DNA of 64,000 nt from Myxococcota bacterium (GTDB lineage Bacteria; Myxococcota_A; SURF-8). The notes beneath the pieces are model-generated. The model searched no databases and was not told where the DNA came from. It saw only the letters and a program-made list of their open reading frames with translations. The stretch lies in contig CAXXQS010000002.1 in the NCBI GenBank assembly GCA_963674735.2, positions 1,856,001 to 1,920,000 of the forward strand, given 5' to 3'. The translations under genes and the position numbers were made by a program. Position 1 is the stretch's first letter; the number at the start of each line of letters is the position of its first letter. Positions 49,759 through 58,951 of this stretch are shown here, piece after piece.

Positions 49759-50529
49759 TTAAGTTCCTTTCGGAACGATAAGTGTTTTAACGTTGATCCC
49801 ATTCTTTTCTCCTGAGAGATCTTTTTCAAGAGAAGCATAATTAGTGATCTTTTCATCAGGATCGTAGACGAAGCAAATAAGATTTTCACAATCAGGATGC
49901 GCTGCATATTTGGTAATATCCAACGTTAATTGTTCTCCAATTTCTTTGTCCTTAAGGCTATCTCTGGTTTTTTTTATCTCAATAACTAGTTGGATTTCCT
50001 TGATTAGAAAATCCACTCTGGCTGATGAGCCTGCATAACTCGGGGTGTATTCTTCAGGTCGAACATCATCGAATTGTAGCTTGAGAATAGCATGAATCAG
50101 ATCTTGAACATCGTATTCGTTTTCGATTTTGAAAATATCACGATGGTGTTTTCTTTCGGTTAACGGCTTGGTAAATAAATGGAAGCGTGAGAACAGTTTC
50201 AATATGTTGTCGATTTGGGATAGGTTTTGTGTTGATGAGCTTTGGGTGGATGGTGGAGCCCAAGGAAATTTATAATTGCAGGAATGGCAATAGTTAGGAG
50301 GAGTATCAGTCTCTCCTGGAGTATATTCAGTTCTTCCGGTTTTGTAGTTTATAGAAGAAACTTCATACGTCGCACCTCTGATTGGTGTCTGGCACTTAGG
50401 GCATTCAGTGATCGTAACTTTGCCACATTTCGCACAATAGTTCTCGTTTACTTCACCTGTTTCGTACCTGTCCGTAATAATGTGACCTGCCTCACATACT
50501 TGAAGAACGGAAAATTTGCTCATGTTCAT
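49759..50529 (-). CDS. low-GC DUF2321-like Zn-ribbon fused to a DpnII/MboI-like PD-(D/E)XK nuclease domain
   Basis: QVCEAGH, CAKC, CPKC..IRG, PNYCHSC..FPW; then NEYDVQD..RPEE..RVDF..IEIK; start 50529 or 50523. Confidence 0.8.
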   Translation of the reverse strand: MNMSKFSVLQVCEAGHIITDRYETGEVNENYCAKCGKVTITECPKCQTPIRGATYEVSSINYKTGRTEYTPGETDTPPNYCHSCNYKFPWAPPSTQSSSTQNLSQIDNILKLFSRFHLFTKPLTERKHHRDIFKIENEYDVQDLIHAILKLQFDDVRPEEYTPSYAGSSARVDFLIKEIQLVIEIKKTRDSLKDKEIGEQLTLDITKYAAHPDCENLICFVYDPDEKITNYASLEKDLSGEKNGINVKTLIVPKGT

Positions 50530-50546
50530 TCCTAGCGATTCAGGGA

Positions 50547-50572
50547 GTAGGATGGGCAACTTGTTGCCCATC
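50547..50572 (+). repeat. GTAG-type REP-like palindrome
   Basis: GTAG + GATGGGCAAC-tt-GTTGCCCATC, a perfect 10-bp stem. Confidence 0.65.
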
Positions 50573-50620
50573 TTCATGTTTGCAAACACCGGAACGCATC
50601 GTTTCCAGACCGGCTACGTT

Positions 50621-52126
50621 CTACTTCGGCACACCGATCTTTCCCGCCTGCGCATCGAGGATTTTGAGCTGGCCGATGAGGCTGATGATGCGCACCTGCT
50701 CGGCGATGCCGCCGCGCGCAAAGGCCAGATGCGTGACGTCCACGGCGATCTGGCCCCAGGAGGGATCCACCGACAGCCAGCGCCCGACCCACACTTCCGC
50801 CCAGGCGTGGTAGCCGAAACCGCCCATCTCGGGCGCGTACACGATACCCGCCACCTCGCGTGCGGGCAGACCGGCGGCCCGCGCCAGCGCCACGAACAGC
50901 ACCGCATGCTCGCCGCAATCGCCTTCCATCGTCTTCATCACTTCCGAGGCGTTCGAAAATGTGGGAGTATAGCTTTTTTCAACCTTGCGGAACACCCAGT
51001 TCAAAATCTTGCGCGCCAGGGGACCGCTTTGCGACTCGCCCCGGGCCAGTTCGACGGCCTGTTTCACGATGGCCGGATCGTCGCTTTGCAGGCGCGGCGT
51101 GGGAGCCAGTTCGGCGGCGAAGCGCGTGCGGTCGATGTCGGCCATAATCGACGTGGGCCCGTCCAAGCCCGCTTCGCGTGTGACGACCACCTCCAGCGTG
51201 TCGCCGGAAACGACGCGCCAGGCTTGCCGTTCGCCGGTCAGGCGCAGCTTTTCGGGTACGCCCGAAACCCGCGCGCGCAGTTGCGCGGCCGAGGCGGCAT
51301 TGGAAAGCGGTTGGGGCGGACGCACCAGGCTGGTTTCCATGAAGTCGGCCACGGACAGGCCCGACTTGGCCTGCGTTTCGCTTTCCCATTTCGCTTTCAG
51401 CATTCCGGCGATCTGCGTTTCGAGCAAGTCGCCACCCTCGGTGTACCAGCTCACCAGCGCCAACCCCATCTCGTCGATGCGGCCGTCCACGCGCACGACC
51501 TTCGTCGCGACGCCGTGCAGCGGACGGCTTTCGATGCCCGATATTTTATCGTGGGCGGTGATGGGGCGCAGGATCGAGGGATCGAAGCTGCGGCTGGTGC
51601 TTTCGCGCCCCGGCGTCGCTTTGCCGCTGCGGATGGCCAACTCGGTAGCCAGAATATCCTGCAGGCGTTCGCCGGGGTCGGGCAGTGTTTGCGTTTGCGA
51701 GCCGCCGCCCGACAGCGTGACTAGCGTCAACTGCTTGCCGTTGACGATCCCGCGCACGCGCGTCTCGCCGGTGGCGCCCGTCATGGAATAGTCGAGCAGG
51801 GTGAGCTTGCCGCTTGCGGGGTCGAACTGGCGGCGGTCGATGCTGCTCATTTTCGTTTCCATGCCGCCGACGTTCAAGGTGAACGACAAGGCCGTCAGCG
51901 ACTCCAACGCGCCGGGTTGCGGGCGGTGCAGGCGATTGCTCATCCAGCCCACTTTGTGCCCCTGAAAATAAAGGCCGAAATAGCGCGCCGGTCGGTCGAT
52001 GGGCAGCGGCTGCAAGTCGGGATGCAGCGCCGCCTCGGCCATGACCGGCAGGCTCCAGGCGAGCAAGGCGGCAACGAGCAGACATGCAAACAGGCGGGTC
52101 GTCCGAATTCTCGTGTGCGCCGTCAT
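50621..52126 (-). CDS. secreted transglutaminase-like domain protein
   Basis: GDCGEHAVLF..LARAAGLPAR, YHAWAEV, VDPSW (Cys-His-Asp); signal peptide; start trimmed to MTAHT. Confidence 0.88.
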   Translation of the reverse strand: MTAHTRIRTTRLFACLLVAALLAWSLPVMAEAALHPDLQPLPIDRPARYFGLYFQGHKVGWMSNRLHRPQPGALESLTALSFTLNVGGMETKMSSIDRRQFDPASGKLTLLDYSMTGATGETRVRGIVNGKQLTLVTLSGGGSQTQTLPDPGERLQDILATELAIRSGKATPGRESTSRSFDPSILRPITAHDKISGIESRPLHGVATKVVRVDGRIDEMGLALVSWYTEGGDLLETQIAGMLKAKWESETQAKSGLSVADFMETSLVRPPQPLSNAASAAQLRARVSGVPEKLRLTGERQAWRVVSGDTLEVVVTREAGLDGPTSIMADIDRTRFAAELAPTPRLQSDDPAIVKQAVELARGESQSGPLARKILNWVFRKVEKSYTPTFSNASEVMKTMEGDCGEHAVLFVALARAAGLPAREVAGIVYAPEMGGFGYHAWAEVWVGRWLSVDPSWGQIAVDVTHLAFARGGIAEQVRIISLIGQLKILDAQAGKIGVPK

Positions 52127-52467
52127 GCCGGGTTCCAGCCCATTTTGCGGCCCGCCACCAGATGCATATGCAGGTGAAACACCACCTGTCCGGCGTCCTG
52201 ATTGCAATTGACGATGCAGCGATAGCCCTGGGCGGCGAAGCCCTGCTCCTTGGCTATTTTGGCGGCCGCCACGAACAGGTGGCCCAACTCGGCCTGATTG
52301 GCTTCGGTCGCGTCGTTGGTGCCGGGGACGTGGCTGCGCGGCACCAGCAGCAGGTGGATCGGCGCGGCCGGATTGATGTCTTTGAAGGCCACCACCTGGT
52401 CGTCTTCGTAGACGATATCGGCCGGGATTTTTTTGTCGATGATTTTGCAGAACAGGCAGTCTTCCAT
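52123..52467 (-). CDS. histidine triad (HIT/HinT) nucleotide-binding protein
   Basis: DCLFCKI, FKDINPAAPIH, GQVVFHLHMH. Confidence 0.95.
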   Translation of the reverse strand: MEDCLFCKIIDKKIPADIVYEDDQVVAFKDINPAAPIHLLLVPRSHVPGTNDATEANQAELGHLFVAAAKIAKEQGFAAQGYRCIVNCNQDAGQVVFHLHMHLVAGRKMGWNPA

Positions 52468-52609
52468 CACGGGTCTCCTTCGATTGAGCGGAGAAAAGCG
52501 GGGCGACCGCGCGGCGCGGCCCATTCCCCGACAACATGTCATCTTCCAGTTCGCCAGTTTACACGCTTATGCGAAGCGGAGCAAACGCTTTAGGCGCGAG
52601 ACGGCGTAG

Positions 52610-52786
52610 GGCATTTCAATTCTGATTGAGTCTCGAATCATCTTCGATTGGCGATGAGTGGCACGGGCGAAACCGTCAGGTTTGCCCGTGAAAACAGCAT
52701 GGGCAAGCCAAAGGCTCGGCCCATGGCACCCCGTAAGCCGAATTATAGTGGGTGGAAAACGGTGAAAAGCTTAGAATTGAAACGCC
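52610..52786. mobile_element. 177-bp MITE/REP-like structured element, copy 2 (inverted)
   Basis: Reverse complement aligns to 31377-31553 without gaps; 11 substitutions by hand count. Confidence 0.8.
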
Positions 52787-52898
52787 GTGGAGACGGCGGG
52801 CTTTGCTTGATCTCGGCGGTGGAATCGAGTAAGGTCCGCATTGGAGATGGAAACGAAGACCGGGTTTTGCGAAAACGTCTGATCGAAGAGGAAATGTC

Positions 52899-53837
52899 AT
52901 GAAAGTTCTGGTGACCGGCGGAGCCGGGTTTATCGCCTCGCATGTCACCGACCGTCTGGTGGCGGCGGGACATCAGGTAACGGTGCTCGATAACCTGGAA
53001 ATGGGACGACGTTCCAACGTCAATCCCGAAGCCGCTTTCGTGGAAATGGACATCCGCGATGCGAAGGTGGCCGCCCTTTTCGAGCAAGAACGTTTCGAGG
53101 CCATGGTGCACGCCGCCGCGCAGATGGACGTGCGGCGCAGCGTCGAAAACCCGTCTTTCGATGCCGACGTGAACATTTGCGGATTGTTGAACCTGCTTGA
53201 AGCCGGGCGCTTGAACGGCCTGCAGCACGTGGTGTTCACCTCCACCGGCGGCGCGGCCTACGACGATCACGTCAGCTGGCCGACCCCCGAAACCGCCCCC
53301 GCCCGGCCGGTTTCGCCCTACGGCATCGCCAAAATCGCCTCGGAGTTGTACCTCAATTACTACCACCATCAATACGGACTCACGAGCGTCAGCCTGCGCC
53401 TCGGCAACGTATACGGCCCGCGTCAGAACCCCCACGGCGAAGCGGGCGTGGTGGCTATCTTTTCGCGCAAACTACTCGGCGGCGAAGGCGTCACCATCAA
53501 CGGCGACGGCCGCCAGACGCGCGATTATGTATTTGTCGAAGATGTGGCGCGCGCCATCGAATTGGGCTTGCAGCATCGGCGCGTCGAGGTGCTGAACGTC
53601 GGAACGGCCGTCGAAACCGACGTGGTCGAACTCTACGCGCAGATCCGCCGCGCCGTCGGCGTGGAGTTGCAAGCCGAACACGGCCCGAGCAAGCCGGGCG
53701 AAGTGCGCCGCAGCTGCCTCGATCCCGGCCAAATCGGCGAGGTGCTCGGCTGGAAGGCGGATGTGGTTTTCGCCGACGGCATCGACCGCACGGTGGAGTT
53801 TTTCCGCTGCCAGCAAGCCGATCCCGACGCGCGCTAG
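52899..53837 (+). CDS. UDP-glucose 4-epimerase-like NAD-dependent epimerase
   Basis: VLVTGGAGFI, SPYGIAK, NVYGPRQNPHGEAGVV, QTRDYVFV. Confidence 0.92.
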   Translation: MKVLVTGGAGFIASHVTDRLVAAGHQVTVLDNLEMGRRSNVNPEAAFVEMDIRDAKVAALFEQERFEAMVHAAAQMDVRRSVENPSFDADVNICGLLNLLEAGRLNGLQHVVFTSTGGAAYDDHVSWPTPETAPARPVSPYGIAKIASELYLNYYHHQYGLTSVSLRLGNVYGPRQNPHGEAGVVAIFSRKLLGGEGVTINGDGRQTRDYVFVEDVARAIELGLQHRRVEVLNVGTAVETDVVELYAQIRRAVGVELQAEHGPSKPGEVRRSCLDPGQIGEVLGWKADVVFADGIDRTVEFFRCQQADPDAR

Positions 53838-54626
53838 ACCTCGCCGCTCTCCAACGGCGGAACGCGGGTTTTTTGTATTCGTAAGCACAATAATGGATAA
53901 TAAATAATTCCAGATGCCCGTTGTGTCCAGTGGAGTCATTCCGCAGGTCGAAGCGCGTCTGCGCCGGGCTCTGGGCGAGAATTCTCAGACTATAACCTCG
54001 CAAGTCCTTGTTATCATGTAGGTTATGGCCGTTTTCGATCCTGTTCGCCGTGCTATCTCGACGCCATTCGACCAAAATCGAAATAATCCTGTCATATCAA
54101 CGACATAAAGGGGCATACTACGATTATCATAAATAGAATATATTTAGTATATGACTAGGCGCGACGAATTTCCGCCTTTTCGCACCGGCCGAGCGTCGTC
54201 GAAACCAGCAGCCGGAAGCGCCGCAAAGACGCTAACATACTGTAATCACGTCGAATATTGCTTTACTTGTTTCGGTGGCGCGGTGACGGAAAGCCGGTAG
54301 CGAGGCGAACAGCGAGATCGGTCGCCTGTATGAGGTGTGACGTATTACGGCAATCCCGGCATTCCGATAGGTATCATGCTTTACCCCCCGGCGCGAGGCC
54401 GAAAAAGTCAATGATTTCAAGAAAAGCGAAAACGACCGCCGTCAAACGGCGCAGGGAGCGCATCGAGCGAATCTACACCTTCCCCGGCAAAGCGGCCAAA
54501 ATGGGCGGTGATGGTGCATTTTTGCAGATATGACCGATTTCGCCGGTCGCGGCAAACGGACGAAACGGCGCAGGCAAGACGATTTTCGATTCGTCGGCGG
54601 AACGCCACTCCGGCCGTCGGTGACGG

Positions 54627-55427
54627 CTAGCTGCGCTTGGTGAGGACACCCTCGATCAGTTGATGGCGGGAATTGAACAGGCGCTTGTAGACCAGCCAGC
54701 AGATCAGGATGCAACTCGTGGAGGTGGCGGCCGCCAGCATGAACATCACCACAATTTGATATTTCACCGACTCCAGCGGGTCGGCCCCGGCCAAAATCTG
54801 GCCCGTCATCATCCCCGGCAACGACACCACGCCCACCACCATCATGGAATTGATCAGCGGAATCATGCCGCGCCGCACCGCTTCGCGGATGGGTGTGCGC
54901 GCCGCCTCCCATTTCGTGGCGCCCAGCGACAGTTCCATCTCCACCAGCTGCCGATGTTCCGAGAAGGCCTGCAGCAGGTAGTCGAGCGAAATCGAGAGGC
55001 CGGTCAGTCCGTTGCCGAGAATCATGCCTAATATTGGAATCATGTATTGCGGATGATACCAGGGCGAGACCTTGACCACCACGCCGGTAACCACGTAGGT
55101 GGTCAGGATTCCGGATAGGACGAGTGTCACCACGGCGCGCCAGGTGATGCCCGAAAAGGTATGCTTGGGGCGCTTCACGGCCGCCCGCGCCGCCGCGACC
55201 ACCATCACGCCCACCACCGCCACCATGGCCGCTCCGCCCTCCAGCGCGAACACGAACTTCAGCACGTAACCCAAAAGCAGCAGTTGCACCACGGTACGCA
55301 GCGAGGCGATCGCCAGGCTTTTTTCGAGGCCCAGACGCATGGCCACACTCACCGCGCCCGCGACCAGAACCAGTCCGGTGGCCAAAAGCAGATCGAGATA
55401 GCTTAAGTGTATCAGGCTTTGAGTCAC
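54627..55427 (-). CDS. ABC permease, FetB/YbbM (UPF0014) family
   Basis: RTVVQLLLLG, IPILGMILGN, LSLGAT, VGVVSLPGMMTGQILAG, YQI. Confidence 0.9.
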   Translation of the reverse strand: MTQSLIHLSYLDLLLATGLVLVAGAVSVAMRLGLEKSLAIASLRTVVQLLLLGYVLKFVFALEGGAAMVAVVGVMVVAAARAAVKRPKHTFSGITWRAVVTLVLSGILTTYVVTGVVVKVSPWYHPQYMIPILGMILGNGLTGLSISLDYLLQAFSEHRQLVEMELSLGATKWEAARTPIREAVRRGMIPLINSMMVVGVVSLPGMMTGQILAGADPLESVKYQIVVMFMLAAATSTSCILICWLVYKRLFNSRHQLIEGVLTKRS

Positions 55428-56128
55428 GCCCGCTGCTCCTTCCCGGCCGATTCGGCAGACGCGGTTTGCACGAGGTGCGGGACCAGGTCGAGCCGCCGCC
55501 CGCACAGACGCGCTGCCTGCACGGCATCGTGGGTCACCATCACCAGGCCCAGCCCGGCCGCCGAAAGCTCCAGCAGCAAGGCCTCCACCGCCTCGACCGC
55601 ATCGGAATCGAGGGCGCTTGTCGGTTCGTCGAGAAAGAGAATGTGCGGATCGAGCAGAAGCGCACGAAGCAGACAGATGCGCTGCTTCTGCCCGACCGAC
55701 AACTGCACCGCGTCGCGTTTCATGAGCGCCGGATCGAGCAGCAGGCGTTGCATCAAACGCTCGGCACGCGCTTTGGGAAACGGCCCGCCGCCACATCGAT
55801 AACCGAAGGGCCGCGCCAGATTTTCCTCCACCCCGCGATCGAACAGCGCCGGTTGCTGGTCCACGTAAACGGCCCGTCGCCGATAAAGCGGCCAGCCGAT
55901 CGTCTCGGGTTCTTCATCAACGAGGCGTAAAACACCATCGGCCGCCGGAATCAGGCCCGCCAGCGTGCGTAAAAGCGTGGTTTTGCCGCAGCCCGACGGA
56001 CCCGTCACCGCCAGCCGCTCGCCGGGAGCGAGGCGAATATCGAGGTCTTGCAGCAGGCGCACACCGGCCACCTGCACCGCCCCGGCGCGAAAGGAAAACA
56101 GGGCGGATACCGTTTGGGGTGTCGTCAT
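55424..56128 (-). CDS. ABC ATP-binding protein, FetA/YbbL-like
   Basis: GPSGCGKT, LSVGQKQR, LDEPTSALD, VTHD. Confidence 0.92.
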   Translation of the reverse strand: MTTPQTVSALFSFRAGAVQVAGVRLLQDLDIRLAPGERLAVTGPSGCGKTTLLRTLAGLIPAADGVLRLVDEEPETIGWPLYRRRAVYVDQQPALFDRGVEENLARPFGYRCGGGPFPKARAERLMQRLLLDPALMKRDAVQLSVGQKQRICLLRALLLDPHILFLDEPTSALDSDAVEAVEALLLELSAAGLGLVMVTHDAVQAARLCGRRLDLVPHLVQTASAESAGKEQRA

Positions 56129-56138
56129 TTAGCGAAAT

Positions 56139-56330
56139 TCAGTGAAAGGGTTTGGGCTTGGAGCCGGGAAAATCGCCTTGCTCGTCATCCGTTTCCTCTT
56201 CAGAGGATACGTCGTCGCTCAACCAGTCGAAGAGGTCGGATTCCTTGCAGCGCTTGCAGCAAAAAGGCCGATACGGATTTTCCGGCCCATAGACCGTTTC
56301 GTTTCCGCAACGTGGGCATCGTACCTTCAC
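56139..56330 (-). CDS. yacG: DNA gyrase inhibitor YacG
   Basis: VRCPRCG..YRPFCCKRCK..DL.DW with acidic tail. Confidence 0.88.
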   Translation of the reverse strand: MKVRCPRCGNETVYGPENPYRPFCCKRCKESDLFDWLSDDVSSEEETDDEQGDFPGSKPKPFH

Positions 56331-58720
56331 GATTCGTCTCCGCTTGCTTCCGCTGCCGGGTCGCCCACATTGAAATGAAAGCCACCCGCGCCGTTATCGG
56401 CCACCGTGACGTAATCGCCGCCACGTACATCACCACGTAAAATCATACTCGCCAGCGGCCCCTCGATCAAGCTTTGAATGGCCCGGCGCATGGGACGCGC
56501 GCCGTAAAGCGGATCGTAGCCGCCGTTGTCGATCAACAAAGACGGCACCTCCGCCGCGAAGACGAGCCGGATGCCCTTTTCCTTGAGCAGACGCTCCGCG
56601 CTGCGGTCCATCAATAAAAGCGCCACCTGACGCACTTCGTCTTTGGTGAGCGGCTCGAAAACGATCTTGTCGTCGATGCGGTTGTAAAACTCGGGCGCCA
56701 GGGTCCGCTTGACGCTGGCGAGAACTTCCGCGCGCCGCCGCGCCCGCATGTCGGCCGGGGCGGTGAAACCCAGCGAACGCCCGGACTTGCTGAAGATATC
56801 GCTGCCCAGGTTGCTGGTCATGATGACCACCGCGTGGGTGAAATCGACCGTGCGCCCCAGGTTGTCGGTCAAGCGTCCATCCTCCAGCACCTGCAACAGC
56901 AGCTGGTGAATATCCGGATGACCTTTCTCGATTTCGTCGAACAGCACCAGCTGGAACGGCCGCCGCCGCATGCTGTCGGTCAAAACGCCGCCCTCTTGAT
57001 AGCCCACGTATCCCGGCGGCGCTCCGATGAGCTTGGCCACCGAATGGGGCTCGGCATACTCACTCATATCGAAACGCACCATGGCGTCCCGGTTGCCGAA
57101 CAGCTCCGAGGCCAAGGCGCGCGCGATTTCCGTCTTGCCGACGCCGGTGGGGCCGACGAACAGAAAGCTTCCCATGGGCCGCTCGCCGCCGAAACCGGCC
57201 ACGTTGCGCCGCAGCGACTCGGCAATCAACGCCAGCACCTCGCGATGGCCGACGATACGCCGCGCCAGGTTGTCCTCCAACTTGAGGTAGCGCTCGGCAT
57301 CGTCGAGCACCAGTTGGTCGACCGGCACGCTGGTAAGCTTGGAGACGACCTTGGCGACCGTCCGTTCCGTCACCTGATCTTCGCCCGATCGACGCGCCCG
57401 CGCGCCGGCCAGATCGAGGATGGTGATGGATTTATCCGGCTGATGGCGGTCGCGCATGTAGCGGTTGGACAGCTTCACGATCAGCGGCAGGGTGTTGATA
57501 TCGAAGCTGATGCCGTGATGTTCTTCATAGCTCGACAGCACCGAGGCCAACACCCGCAGCGTGGCCTCTTCGTCGGGCTCGTCCAATTCGAGAATGTGAA
57601 AGCGCCGCGCCAGGGCGGGATCTTTTTCGATGGTTTTTTTGTATTCGTCGTTGGTGGTCGCGCCGATGCAGGGAAATTCGCCCCGCGACAGAGCGGCCTT
57701 GAGTTCCTGGGCGATTTCCTGCGCCCCATCCACCGATCCCTGCACGAGGGTGTGGATCTCGTCGAGGAACACGATGGCGTCTCCCTGCGCTTCGCGTACT
57801 TCGCGCCGCAGGGAACTCATGCGCTCGGAAAACGATCCGCGCAAGTGCGTGCCCTTGAACATGGAGGCGACTTCCAGCTGAAACAGACGCCGCCCGGCCA
57901 AACCCGGCACCACGTCGGGTTCGAAGGCCATCATCCAGGCCAGCCCTTCGACCAACGCCGTCTTTCCGACCCCCGACGGCCCCAGAATCAAGGGATTGTT
58001 AGCCTTGCGCTTGTTCAGAATATCGATGAGTTCCATCAGCTCGCGGCTGCGTTCCTCCACCGGTTCGATTTCCCCGGCGCGCACCTTGGCCAGCATGTCC
58101 ACGGCGACTTCGGACAAAACCGGGAAACGGCGGTCGCCCGGGGTGGGACGCGGCCGTGCGGCGCTGGTGGGAGCGATCTCGGCGGTAACGGCACGGCGCG
58201 TTTCGGGCTGATGCACCGGCGCTTGCCGGGCAGCCGAAGGCGGGTTTGACGCGGCGGCACTCGCCATGGCCCGCTTGCGTCGATCATGCTCGCGAAAGAG
58301 ATCGGCATAGCGTTTCGGCATGCCGTTAACCAGTAAGGATATCGCACGGTTACGCAACTTCGGAACCGACACTCCTGCCCGGTCGAGCATCGAATAGGCG
58401 CGCGTTCCGCGATGGCGGCACAACGCCACGACCAGATGCAGGCAATTGACCTCCGGGTTGCGGTACTTCATGGAGGTTTCTTCGGAAAACGTCAACAGAT
58501 CCTCGACGGCGTCGGAGGCTTCCGGGAGCGCGGGATCGACGAAAGGCAGCAAGGCCTCCTCGTTATATCCCTCGTCGCAAAACAGCAACCCGCCGGAATT
58601 ATCCAGCATAAACAGCGCAAAGATCAGGTGGATGCTGTTCAGCTCTTCCCCGAGTTGTTCGCAGGAATCGAGCGCTTCGTCGATGACGTATCGTAGTTCA
58701 GGACTGTACGGTCTGGCCAT
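56327..58720 (-). CDS. ClpA/ClpC-type ATP-dependent Clp protease ATPase (no M domain)
   Basis: Clp N-domain, [16 protein letters not shown], ClpP-docking LGF loop; short linker between the AAA modules. Confidence 0.92.
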   Translation of the reverse strand: MARPYSPELRYVIDEALDSCEQLGEELNSIHLIFALFMLDNSGGLLFCDEGYNEEALLPFVDPALPEASDAVEDLLTFSEETSMKYRNPEVNCLHLVVALCRHRGTRAYSMLDRAGVSVPKLRNRAISLLVNGMPKRYADLFREHDRRKRAMASAAASNPPSAARQAPVHQPETRRAVTAEIAPTSAARPRPTPGDRRFPVLSEVAVDMLAKVRAGEIEPVEERSRELMELIDILNKRKANNPLILGPSGVGKTALVEGLAWMMAFEPDVVPGLAGRRLFQLEVASMFKGTHLRGSFSERMSSLRREVREAQGDAIVFLDEIHTLVQGSVDGAQEIAQELKAALSRGEFPCIGATTNDEYKKTIEKDPALARRFHILELDEPDEEATLRVLASVLSSYEEHHGISFDINTLPLIVKLSNRYMRDRHQPDKSITILDLAGARARRSGEDQVTERTVAKVVSKLTSVPVDQLVLDDAERYLKLEDNLARRIVGHREVLALIAESLRRNVAGFGGERPMGSFLFVGPTGVGKTEIARALASELFGNRDAMVRFDMSEYAEPHSVAKLIGAPPGYVGYQEGGVLTDSMRRRPFQLVLFDEIEKGHPDIHQLLLQVLEDGRLTDNLGRTVDFTHAVVIMTSNLGSDIFSKSGRSLGFTAPADMRARRRAEVLASVKRTLAPEFYNRIDDKIVFEPLTKDEVRQVALLLMDRSAERLLKEKGIRLVFAAEVPSLLIDNGGYDPLYGARPMRRAIQSLIEGPLASMILRGDVRGGDYVTVADNGAGGFHFNVGDPAAEASGDES

Positions 58721-58786
58721 GAATGTTATCGAATCTCGTTTTGGGGTATGAAATCAGGTCGTTTTCGGCTCCAGCAAAGTATACTA

Positions 58787-58815
58787 ATTATACCTGAGTG
58801 ACCCGCCAGGGTCAA
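58787..58815 (-). promoter_or_regulatory. sigma70 promoter of the clp-yacG-ABC operon with overlapping palindrome
   Basis: Minus strand TTGACC-17-TATAAT; TGACCC-gcca-GGGTCA at 58799-58814. Confidence 0.75.
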
Positions 58816-58872
58816 GCTCATGCCTAAAAAACCCCCGGAATTTTTCAGGAAACTTTCCCCCTCTACTTATAA

Positions 58873-58901
58873 TTGACAGCCGAGCCACTTACCGTTAAAG
58901 T
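58873..58901 (+). promoter_or_regulatory. sigma70 promoter of the S8 peptidase gene
   Basis: TTGACA-17-TAAAGT. Confidence 0.6.
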
Positions 58902-58951
58902 AGGTACCCTGCTTCTTGTTCTTTCCGCAGACTATCGAGAGGTCTATCCCG

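Noticed and set aside
52127-52537. Apparent long N-terminal extension of the transglutaminase ORF overlapping the HIT gene
   Set aside because: Upstream open frame only; the real start at 52126 gives a signal peptide and a normal 4-bp overlap.
31083-52948. Two ORFs (31083-31487 and 52676-52948) with near-identical C-termini (..GVPWA.PLACPCCFHGQT)
   Set aside because: The similarity comes entirely from reading through the 177-bp repeat; their N-termini are unrelated.
53880-54160. Possible dif site or oriC in the AT-rich gap
   Set aside because: No convincing XerD arm (TTATGT.AA) and no cluster of DnaA boxes.
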